From positions 28,880 through 92,879 of the forward strand of contig JAEUKJ010000340.1 of the NCBI GenBank assembly GCA_016792665.1: a stretch of 64,000 bases of DNA, written 5' to 3'. This DNA comes from Deltaproteobacteria bacterium. Lineage in GTDB: Bacteria; Myxococcota_A; UBA9042; PHBI01. Below the pieces are notes generated by a model, which was not told where the DNA came from, searched no databases, and saw only the letters and a list, made by a program, of their open reading frames with translations. This document shows positions 8,988 to 16,740 of the stretch, one piece after another (position 1 is the first letter of the stretch; the number at the start of each line of letters is the position of its first letter). The position numbers and the translations under genes were made by a program.

Positions 8988-9650
8988 TTGGGTAGACTCT
9001 GCCGGCCCGGTCGCGATCGAGTCGTTGGGCAGCCTCGCTACGCCAGCCCTTCGACGGTGATCGACCCGGGCCATCCGTCCGCGCCCGCTCTCGCCCCGGA
9101 ACGCCACGCCATCGTGCCCTCGAGCTCCCACTTCGCTCTCGTGCTGTCACTCGCGGTCCCCGCGTGCGCGACCAACGACGGCACCTTCGCCAGCGACGAC
9201 GACCTGGTCGCGTCCATCATCACGACGACGGTCGGGGGTGGCGTCTCGACCACTGGCGCGGTCCTCGGCCTCGACCTGAGCGAGAGCAGCGACGACCTCT
9301 GGGTCGCGAACCGGCGCGAGACCGAGATCGCCCTCGCACGCGGCACGGGCCCCTGGATCGACGACGTCGCGGCGCGCCTCGCCCTCCCCGCGGGCCTCGT
9401 GCCACGCCTCGGGGCGGCTCTCCACCGGCAGCGGGACTACCTCCTCGGCGTCCTCGCACGGGACCTGCTCACGACCCATGACTGGATGGCGGCCGTCGGG
9501 GCCGCAGCCTGCTGCGACCCCTGGCTGCGCGCCTTCGCCGAGCCACGCCTCGGCTGCACGCCACCGGTCTCGGAACCGTCCGCGCAAGGGGACGATGGCA
9601 CTGCCGCGCGCGAAGGCGCCGACACCGCGGAGCTGCGATGCACACCGTGA
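8988..9650 (+). CDS. hypothetical lipoprotein, paralogue A (true start uncertain, possibly an internal GTG/TTG)
   Basis: Lipobox-like LAVPAC. Shares the block LARGTGPWIDDVAARLALPAGLVPRLG with the next gene. An 11-bp overlap with the next gene suggests an operon with the GT2 gene. Confidence 0.5.
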   Translation: MGRLCRPGRDRVVGQPRYASPSTVIDPGHPSAPALAPERHAIVPSSSHFALVLSLAVPACATNDGTFASDDDLVASIITTTVGGGVSTTGAVLGLDLSESSDDLWVANRRETEIALARGTGPWIDDVAARLALPAGLVPRLGAALHRQRDYLLGVLARDLLTTHDWMAAVGAAACCDPWLRAFAEPRLGCTPPVSEPSAQGDDGTAAREGADTAELRCTP

Positions 9651-10099
9651 CGTCGCGATCGGTCCTCGCGCTGGCGTGCCTCGTGTTGGGCGCCTGCTCG
9701 AACCTCGATGTCTCCGACCTGAACAACGTCTCGGTGCGACTCGCCCTCGTGACGGGCTCGAGCGTCGGCGTCACCGCGGGTGCCGTGAGCGCCGCCTCGC
9801 GCGACCCCGACCCGGGTCCGATGATCGCCGATCGCCGCGCCCTCGCGACCGATCTCGCGCGCGGCGACGGCCCGTGGGTCAACGACCTCGCCGCGTGGCT
9901 GGCCCTCCCCCAGAGCCTCGTCCCCCAGCTCGGCAAGACCTTGCGCGAGGCCCGCCCCGTGCTCGCCGAGGCACTGGCCGAGCCGCTCTCGGAGTCGGCC
10001 TTCCGCACCCTGCTCGGCGTCACGTTGTGCCGCGACGAGGCACTGCGCTTTCACGCGTGGCGGCGCTTCGATTGCGCCAAGCTCGCGCCCAAGTCCTGA
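9638..10099 (+). CDS. hypothetical lipoprotein, paralogue B (153 aa)
   Basis: Canonical lipoprotein signal MHTVTSRSVLALACLVLGAC. The conserved block LARGDGPWVNDLAAWLALPQSLVPQLG is paralogous to the preceding gene. Confidence 0.55.
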   Translation: MHTVTSRSVLALACLVLGACSNLDVSDLNNVSVRLALVTGSSVGVTAGAVSAASRDPDPGPMIADRRALATDLARGDGPWVNDLAAWLALPQSLVPQLGKTLREARPVLAEALAEPLSESAFRTLLGVTLCRDEALRFHAWRRFDCAKLAPKS

Positions 10100-10158
10100 A
10101 GCAGCTCGAGGCTCACCTCGCGCGGGCCGACGCGACAATCACCTCGAGCGCGCCGACC

Positions 10159-10689
10159 TCAGCCGATCTCCATCAAGAGTGCCCCGCCCTCGACCGAGCC
10201 ACCCTCGGCCACGTGCACGGCCTGGACGACGCCGGCGCGCTTGGCCTTGACCTCGTTCTCCATCTTCATGGCCTCGATGATGAGGACCGGCTGGCCCTTC
10301 TCGACGTGGTCGCCGACCTTGGAGAAGACCTTGACCACGCGCCCCGGCATCGCCACCGACACCGCGCCCGAGCCGGCCCCGTCGTCGCCCGCGGACAGGA
10401 GGGCGTCGAGCTCGCGCCGCGCCTTCACCGCGAAGTCGTGGCCGCTGACCAGGCCGCCGATGTTCACGACGCGCTCGGCCCGGACCTCGGCCCCGACCCA
10501 CGCCGTGACCGTCCGACCGTCCTCGGTGCGCAGCACGCGCTCGCCGTTGTCGGCGCGCACCGCGACGTCGAACACCAGCTCGCGCACGCCCGCCTTGGTC
10601 TCGATCCGGGCGCGGACCTTGTCGCCCTCCCGCACGAGCTCGACCGTCGCCGCCTCATCGTCGATCCACGTGACCCAGCGCGCGTTCAT
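10159..10689 (-). CDS. biotin carboxyl carrier protein-type subunit (biotinyl domain with an N-terminal extension) of an acyl-CoA carboxylase
   Basis: ORF 10159..10740. The ATG at 10689 (MNARW) overlaps the biotin carboxylase stop (ATGA). The C-terminus has the biotinylation motif IEAMKMENEV and a hammerhead fold. Confidence 0.8.
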   Translation of the reverse strand: MNARWVTWIDDEAATVELVREGDKVRARIETKAGVRELVFDVAVRADNGERVLRTEDGRTVTAWVGAEVRAERVVNIGGLVSGHDFAVKARRELDALLSAGDDGAGSGAVSVAMPGRVVKVFSKVGDHVEKGQPVLIIEAMKMENEVKAKRAGVVQAVHVAEGGSVEGGALLMEIG

Positions 10690-12212
10690 CCGAGACCTCC
10701 GAGACCCATCAAGCTGCGTCGCAGCCCATCCGCCGCCCACGCGCTGCGCCCATCCGAAGACGCCCCCTCGGCCTTGCCGCGGCGTGCGTGCGAGGCCTCC
10801 TCGGCCGCCAGCGCCGCCAGGACCCGCGCCAGATCGCGCGCGTCCTCGGTGGGCGGGGTCGGCTGGAACGCCATCTCCGACAAGAGCGCCGTCGTGTAGC
10901 GCCCGGCCGTGAACGCCGGCGCCTGCAGGACCGCGTCGAGCAGGGCGAGGTTCGTCTTGATCCCGTGGACCTCGTACTCGCGCAGTGCGGCACGCGCCCG
11001 GTCGATCGCCACGGGCCGCGTGTCACCGGACACGATGAGCTTGGCGACCATCGGGTCGTAGAGGCTCGAGACGACATCGCCCTCGACCACGCCATCGTCG
11101 ACGCGCACGCCCGGTCCGCGCGGCGGGCGATAGACGTGCAGGGGGCCAGGCGAGGGCTGGTAGTTCTGGGCCGGGTCTTCCGCGTAGAGGCGCAGCTCGA
11201 TGGCCGCCTTCTTCGCGACGAGTTCGTCCTGGCGCCAGGGCAGGACGCCGCCGGCGGCAACGATGAGCTGAGCCTTGACGAGGTCGACCCCGAAGGCCTC
11301 CTCGGTCACGCAGTGCTCGACCTGGAGGCGCGTGTTCATCTCGAGGAAGTAGTAGTTCTCGTCTTTGTCGACGAGGCACTCGACCGTGCCCGCCCCCTCG
11401 TAGCCGACCGCGCGCGCCGCCGTGACCGCCATCTCGCCGAGACCACGTCGCGTCGCGTCGCTGAGGCTCGGGGCGGGAGCTTCCTCGACCACCTTCTGAT
11501 GGCGACGCTGCACCGAGCACTCGCGGTCGCCGACATAGACCGCGTGACCATGATGGTCGCAGAAGACCTGGACCTCGATGTGACGCGGCCCGACGATGGC
11601 CTTCTCGATGTAGACCGCGTCGTCGCCGAAGCTCGAACGCGCCTCGCGCTGCGCGCCCTCGAAGGCACCGACCAGGTCCCCCGCGGCATGCACCACGCGC
11701 ATGCCCTTGCCGCCGCCGCCCGAAGCCGCCTTCAACATCACCGGGTAGCCGATCTCGTCGGCCACGCGGAGCAGCTCCTGCCGGTCGCGCAGCGGCTCGG
11801 TCGTGCCCGGCACCACGGGCACCCCGGCCGCGGCCATGGTCCGGCGCGCGAGCGTCTTTTCGCCCATGAGATGCATGGCGCGGGACGGCGGGCCGATGAA
11901 GACGATGCCGGCCGCGTCGCAGGCGTCGCGGAAGCCGGAGTTCTCCGACAGGAAGCCGTAGCCCGGGTGGATCGCCTGGGCGCCCGACCGCTTCGCGACC
12001 TCGAGGATGCGCTCGCCGACGAGGTAGGACTCGCGCGACGGCGGCGGCCCGATGCAGAAGGCCTGGTCGGCCATGCGCACATGCAGGGACCGCGCGTCGG
12101 CCTCCGAGTACACCGCGACCGTCTCGATCCCGAGGGCGCGCGCCGCGCGGATGACGCGGCAGGCGATCTCGCCCCGGTTCGCGATGAGGATGCGTGCAAA
12201 AGGTCTCGTCAT
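10686..12212 (-). CDS. accC: biotin carboxylase (acyl-CoA/acetyl-CoA carboxylase alpha, ATP-grasp)
   Basis: Starts at MTRPFARILIANRGEIACRVIRAARALGIETVAVYS. ATP-grasp motifs GGGGKGMR and KAIVGPRHIEVQ. Biotin carboxylase C-terminal domain. Confidence 0.9.
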   Translation of the reverse strand: MTRPFARILIANRGEIACRVIRAARALGIETVAVYSEADARSLHVRMADQAFCIGPPPSRESYLVGERILEVAKRSGAQAIHPGYGFLSENSGFRDACDAAGIVFIGPPSRAMHLMGEKTLARRTMAAAGVPVVPGTTEPLRDRQELLRVADEIGYPVMLKAASGGGGKGMRVVHAAGDLVGAFEGAQREARSSFGDDAVYIEKAIVGPRHIEVQVFCDHHGHAVYVGDRECSVQRRHQKVVEEAPAPSLSDATRRGLGEMAVTAARAVGYEGAGTVECLVDKDENYYFLEMNTRLQVEHCVTEEAFGVDLVKAQLIVAAGGVLPWRQDELVAKKAAIELRLYAEDPAQNYQPSPGPLHVYRPPRGPGVRVDDGVVEGDVVSSLYDPMVAKLIVSGDTRPVAIDRARAALREYEVHGIKTNLALLDAVLQAPAFTAGRYTTALLSEMAFQPTPPTEDARDLARVLAALAAEEASHARRGKAEGASSDGRSAWAADGLRRSLMGLGGLG

Positions 12213-12365
12213 GCAGCTCTCTCCTGCCGGCCTCCCGAGGCCCCGCGGCGCGAGGCTGACCACCTGGGTACGCGGGCCTCGACGCGCTCCCGGATGCCCT
12301 CCCGCACGGCCCCTGTCAAGCTGGTCGCGGTTGCGCCGAACGACCCCATGCGCTACGCCCTCGCC

Positions 12366-13184
12366 ATGAACGCGCGCCTCGCCTCGCTTACGACCTCGCT
12401 CTGCGCTGCCTTCGTGGCGGCGTGCTCACCGACCCCGCGGCCGACCGTGCTCGAGGCGTCGACCACCGCGTCGAGCCGCGAGAAGAAGGCGGACGGGACA
12501 CCGGTCGACGACCCCACCGTGGTCGACCCCGAGGCGGTCACGACCCCGGCTCTCGGCGCCGTCGAGCCGCTGGTGGTCGTCACGATCTTCACCGACTACC
12601 AGTGCCCGAACTGCAAGCGCATGCACGACCTCGCAGCGCGCCTCGTCGATCGCTGGCCGGACGAGGTCCAGGTCCAGTTCCGCCAGGTGCCGCTGGCCAT
12701 CCACCCGCTGGCGCGACAGGCCGCCAACGCCGCCCTGGCCGCGCACCGACAGGGCCGCTTCGCGTGCATGCACGCGGCACTGGTGCGTTCGCGCCTGGAC
12801 TGGACCGGCTTCGACGCGCCCCACTTCGATCGGTTCCTGGAAGAGGTGCTCGTCCCCCATTGCGGGCTCGACGCAGCGCGCTTCGCTCGCGACCTCGTCG
12901 ACCCGCGCATCGCGACCAAGGTGCAGGAAGACTGGAAGCTCGCGGGCGACGCCGAGGTCCCCGGCACCCCGACCGTGCTCGTCGATGGCCTGCGCGCGCG
13001 TCTGTGGCCACGGGCCGGCGTCGAGCCGCAGCTGCTCCTGAACGCGCTCGTGCGCCGGAACCTGCGCGAGGCCCGCGAGCAGCTCGCCCATGGCACCAAG
13101 CGCATCGAGCTGCCGGCGCTCCGCCTCTACGGCAACACCGGCGACGAAGAGCTCACGCTGCGCCTCCTCGACGCCGAGCGCTGA
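12366..13184 (+). CDS. DsbA-family thiol:disulfide oxidoreductase lipoprotein
   Basis: This is the real C-terminal third of the artefactual ORF 10788..13184. Lipoprotein signal MNARLASLTTSLCAAFVAAC. CxxC active site DYQCPNCK; cis-Pro region GTPTVLVDG. Confidence 0.8.
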   Translation: MNARLASLTTSLCAAFVAACSPTPRPTVLEASTTASSREKKADGTPVDDPTVVDPEAVTTPALGAVEPLVVVTIFTDYQCPNCKRMHDLAARLVDRWPDEVQVQFRQVPLAIHPLARQAANAALAAHRQGRFACMHAALVRSRLDWTGFDAPHFDRFLEEVLVPHCGLDAARFARDLVDPRIATKVQEDWKLAGDAEVPGTPTVLVDGLRARLWPRAGVEPQLLLNALVRRNLREAREQLAHGTKRIELPALRLYGNTGDEELTLRLLDAER

Positions 13185-13195
13185 GCCTGCGAGCG

Positions 13196-16100
13196 TCAGC
13201 GGATGTTCACGACCGCCGAGGTCGCGGGGCGAATCGGGACCAGGTCGAGCCCGACCAGGACGACCTCGACGCGATGAGGCCCGGGCGAGAGGCCCGTCAA
13301 CGTGACCGGTGAGGCCGTCGCCACCGCACGCACCCGCCCATCGACCATGACCAGCGCCGCGCCGCGCCCGACCTGGGGCCGGCCGCGCAGTCCGACCGGG
13401 TCGAGGGTGAGCCCGCTCACCGTGAAGGCGACCGCGACCGTCCCGTCGACCAGCGTGTTGGGCGTCGGGGCCGTGATGGCGACGGTCGGGAGGGCGCCGC
13501 CGACGCGCAGGGGCGACTGCGCGATCACCGCAGGCACGTAGGGCGTGAGGTCGCCCTTCAGGAGCTCGACCTCCATGACGTGCTGGCCGGCAGCGACCGG
13601 CCCGAAGGTGCCGGTGTCGGCCGCGATGAGCGCCGCCTGGCGCCCGTCGACCTTGACCGAGACCCAGCCCGTGGTCGGGCCCAGGGTCGCCCCGGTGACG
13701 ACCACCTCGAGCCCCACCGCGGGCCCATACCAGGTGTTCTCCGGGCGGGGCGCGCGCACCGACAGGCGCGGACCCGCGCTCACGAGGATCGGCAGCTCGG
13801 CCTTGGCCGCCGGCACGACCCGCGATCCATCGCGGTGCCAGAGCTCGGCGATCAGGGTCTGCGCCCCGCTCGGCATGGCCGGCAAGGGGACCGTCGCGCT
13901 CGCGTAGGGACCCCACACGAGGTCGGGCCTGGCCCGCGTCGTCAGCGTCCAGAGCCCATCACCAGGCACCGCCGGGCCGAGCCCGAGGGCCCCGTCGAGC
14001 GAGAAGCCGACGACGCCGATCGTGACCGTGGCCCCGGGCAGCAGCGTCGCGTTCGGCAGCGGCGCGACCCACGAGACCCGCGGCGGCGTGACCCCGACGA
14101 CCTCGAAGCGCACCGTGTCGGCGACTCCGTTGGGCAGGTTCGCGCCGGCCGCGTTGAGCGGCATCGTGACCGCCTCGTGCGGCCCCTCGGCGAGCGGCGG
14201 CACCGTGAAGAGGCCCGGCACGCCGACCTCGACGAGCACACCATCGAGCCACAGCCCGACGAGCCCTTCGGTCGGCAGGTTCTCGCCGACCAGGTCGAAG
14301 GTCGGCTCGGCCCCATAGACGAAGCCGCCGTCCTCGGGCGTGACGATGGCGACGTGCGGCGCGGTGTCGACCTGGACCTGCACGCTCGCCGGCACGGTGC
14401 CCGCGATGGCGCTGTGATCGTTCTCGTGCAGCGTCACCTTGATCGTGTGGAGCCCGGCACTCGCGATGGTGACCGGGAAGCGCGTCGTGGTCTCGAAGCC
14501 CTGGTAGACGTCGTCGACGAACACGTGCACGTGCCCCTCGCCAGGCACCGCAGCGGCGCCCGCCTTGTCGACGACGCTCAGGTTGTCGACCTCGACCTGG
14601 ACGTCGAACGGGGCCCCGGTCACGCGGTCCCCGGGGCCAGGCGCGACGATGCGGACGCGCGGGGTCGGGTCGTACTCGAGGTCGATGATGTGCCCCACCG
14701 CCCCGGTGACAGGGGTGTGGTTGCTCCGGTGCAGGAATGCCTCGAGGGTGTGCGTGCCCTTGACCAGCGGCGTCAGCTTGGTCGTCGCGGGGTCGAGGAT
14801 GGCCCACGGGTTCGTGTAGAAGTCCTGATAGACACTATCGATGAACAGGTGGAAGTGGCCGCGCAGGTCGGAGATCTCGCCGACCGGGATGAGCTCGAAG
14901 TTGTCGACCGAGACCGCCACCGCGAACGGGCCGCGCCCGATCCTGGCCCCGTCGGCAGGGCTCTCGACATGGATGGTCGGGCGGTCATCGACGACGACCG
15001 TGACCAACGCTTCGACCGGCGGCACGACCTGCGAGTGGTTCTCGTAGTGGAGGGCCACGAGGACCTCCCAGGTGCCCGCGGAGTCCGCCGTGAGCTCGAA
15101 GGTCTCGGAGAGGAAGAAGCCCTGGTACACGAAGGCGCCGCCGCCCTGCTTGCGCATGAAGGCGTGGAAGTGGCCGCGTCCGGGCACCGGGTCCGCGTTC
15201 GGGGCCAAGATGGTCTGCGACAAGGTGAAGTCCTCGAACGCGACCGCCACCGGGAAGCGCTTGGGGACGACCTCGCCCGGCCGCGGCGACAAGATGCTGA
15301 CCGAGGTCTCGACCGCGACCACCTCGACCGTGCGCTTGGCCTCGACCGCGGGCGTGAGCGGCGTGCCCGCGTTGTCGACGAGGCGTGCCGTGAGCTGGTG
15401 GGTGCCCGGCTGCAACGAGACCTCGGCCTGGGTCTGGGTGAGGCGATCGCGCGCGACGACGCCGTCGACCAGGAGCTGCCAGCCGCCCTGGCCGGCGACC
15501 AGGGGGCCGGGGATGGCGCCCGCCGTGAAGACGAAATAGTGAGGCAGGACAGCGACTTTCACGGCACCCTCGGCCACGCGCGGGCTGGTCGGCAAGACCA
15601 TGTCCAGGCCGGGCGGAAGGATGCGCGTCTCGAAGTCGACGGTCGCGACGACCGGGGGATTGAGGGCTTCGTTGTCGTAGCTGCGGAGCTCGACCTCGAG
15701 GCGATGCTCGCCCGCGGCGAGCCCGCTGAGAGACGCGGTGGTGCCGGTGAGAGCGCTCGCGACGAGGTTGCCATCGAGGGTCGCGCGCCAGGTGCCGTGG
15801 CCTGGCACGAGGTCGCCGTCGAGTACGAAGCGCTCGACCTCGAGGGCGATCAAGAGGCGCCCGCCATCGACCACCTGCGCCGCCTCGGGAGAGACGATGC
15901 GCAGCACCGGAGGCAGCGCGACCGAGAAGCTGACGCTGGCCGGAGCCGCCCCGGGCCAGGCCACGCCGTCGGCATCGACCAGGGTCGCGACCAGGGTGTG
16001 AGCGCCCGCGGACAAGGTCGCCAAGGTGCCGCTCGCGTTGGCGACCACGGTCGGCTCGCCCGCGTCGATCGCCAGCGCGACGCGCCCCTGGCGCGGACCG

Positions 16101-16723
16101 GTCGGCGCGGCGCCCGCGGCCAGCAGCGTGAAGTCCGTGACGGCGAAGGCATAGGTCACGGGCTCGCCGACCCCGAAGAAGGCGTCGTTCGCGGGGGCCG
16201 TCAGGGCAAGGGCCGGGACGAGGCGCGTCACGGTGACAGCGACTTCGTCCGAGACCGGAGGCGTCAACGGCGCGCCAGCCTCGACCAGTTCGGCGCGCAC
16301 CGTCGCGGCGCCCGCGGGTGCCCTCAAGACCGCGCTGGATGCGGCGACGACGACGCTCGACGCGGCCGCCTCGGCGCCGTCCGGCCACACCGAGAAGCGC
16401 ACCGAGAGACCGCGCGCGAGCGGCTCACCGACCAGCGTTGCCTCGACGACGATCCAGTCGCCATCGACGCTCGCCCTCGCACTCGGCTTCGTCACGCTGA
16501 TGCCGAGCTCGCCGCTCGTGTCGGGCGTGACCGCGGTATCGCTGCTCGTGTCGGTGACCTGCGTGTCGGGCGGCGGCAGGTTCTTCACCGCCTCCAGGCC
16601 GCCGTCGAAGCCGCTGCACGCCGCGAGCGCAAGCCACCCCAGGCACGCCAGCACGCCGTGAGCACCCACCCTGCCCCATGGGTCCGAAGCCCGACCCGCG
16701 GCCCGCGACCCGATGCCGTTCAT
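13196..16723 (-). CDS. large lipoprotein (~1175 aa) built of about 9 tandem ~100-aa beta-sandwich repeats, three of which carry a conserved P-x-G-x-G-H-[FV]-H-x-F-hD motif (possible metal-binding, DUF4399-like)
   Basis: Only the C-terminal 1175 codons of ORF 13196..17779 are real; upstream of the ATG at 16723 the frame is an R/G-rich artefact. Lipoprotein signal ...LACLGWLALAACSG. Repeat units contain GRGHFHAFM, LRGHFHLFID and GEGHVHVFVD. A further repeat has GGWQLLVDG. Confidence 0.75.
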   Translation of the reverse strand: MNGIGSRAAGRASDPWGRVGAHGVLACLGWLALAACSGFDGGLEAVKNLPPPDTQVTDTSSDTAVTPDTSGELGISVTKPSARASVDGDWIVVEATLVGEPLARGLSVRFSVWPDGAEAAASSVVVAASSAVLRAPAGAATVRAELVEAGAPLTPPVSDEVAVTVTRLVPALALTAPANDAFFGVGEPVTYAFAVTDFTLLAAGAAPTGPRQGRVALAIDAGEPTVVANASGTLATLSAGAHTLVATLVDADGVAWPGAAPASVSFSVALPPVLRIVSPEAAQVVDGGRLLIALEVERFVLDGDLVPGHGTWRATLDGNLVASALTGTTASLSGLAAGEHRLEVELRSYDNEALNPPVVATVDFETRILPPGLDMVLPTSPRVAEGAVKVAVLPHYFVFTAGAIPGPLVAGQGGWQLLVDGVVARDRLTQTQAEVSLQPGTHQLTARLVDNAGTPLTPAVEAKRTVEVVAVETSVSILSPRPGEVVPKRFPVAVAFEDFTLSQTILAPNADPVPGRGHFHAFMRKQGGGAFVYQGFFLSETFELTADSAGTWEVLVALHYENHSQVVPPVEALVTVVVDDRPTIHVESPADGARIGRGPFAVAVSVDNFELIPVGEISDLRGHFHLFIDSVYQDFYTNPWAILDPATTKLTPLVKGTHTLEAFLHRSNHTPVTGAVGHIIDLEYDPTPRVRIVAPGPGDRVTGAPFDVQVEVDNLSVVDKAGAAAVPGEGHVHVFVDDVYQGFETTTRFPVTIASAGLHTIKVTLHENDHSAIAGTVPASVQVQVDTAPHVAIVTPEDGGFVYGAEPTFDLVGENLPTEGLVGLWLDGVLVEVGVPGLFTVPPLAEGPHEAVTMPLNAAGANLPNGVADTVRFEVVGVTPPRVSWVAPLPNATLLPGATVTIGVVGFSLDGALGLGPAVPGDGLWTLTTRARPDLVWGPYASATVPLPAMPSGAQTLIAELWHRDGSRVVPAAKAELPILVSAGPRLSVRAPRPENTWYGPAVGLEVVVTGATLGPTTGWVSVKVDGRQAALIAADTGTFGPVAAGQHVMEVELLKGDLTPYVPAVIAQSPLRVGGALPTVAITAPTPNTLVDGTVAVAFTVSGLTLDPVGLRGRPQVGRGAALVMVDGRVRAVATASPVTLTGLSPGPHRVEVVLVGLDLVPIRPATSAVVNIR

Positions 16724-16740
16724 GCCTGCCTGCAGCTCCG

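Noticed and set aside
10788-13184. 798-aa plus-strand ORF spanning the antisense of accC
   Set aside because: Only the last 273 codons (from the ATG at 12366, with a lipoprotein signal and CxxC motif) look like a real protein. The upstream part is an R/D/G-rich antisense artefact.
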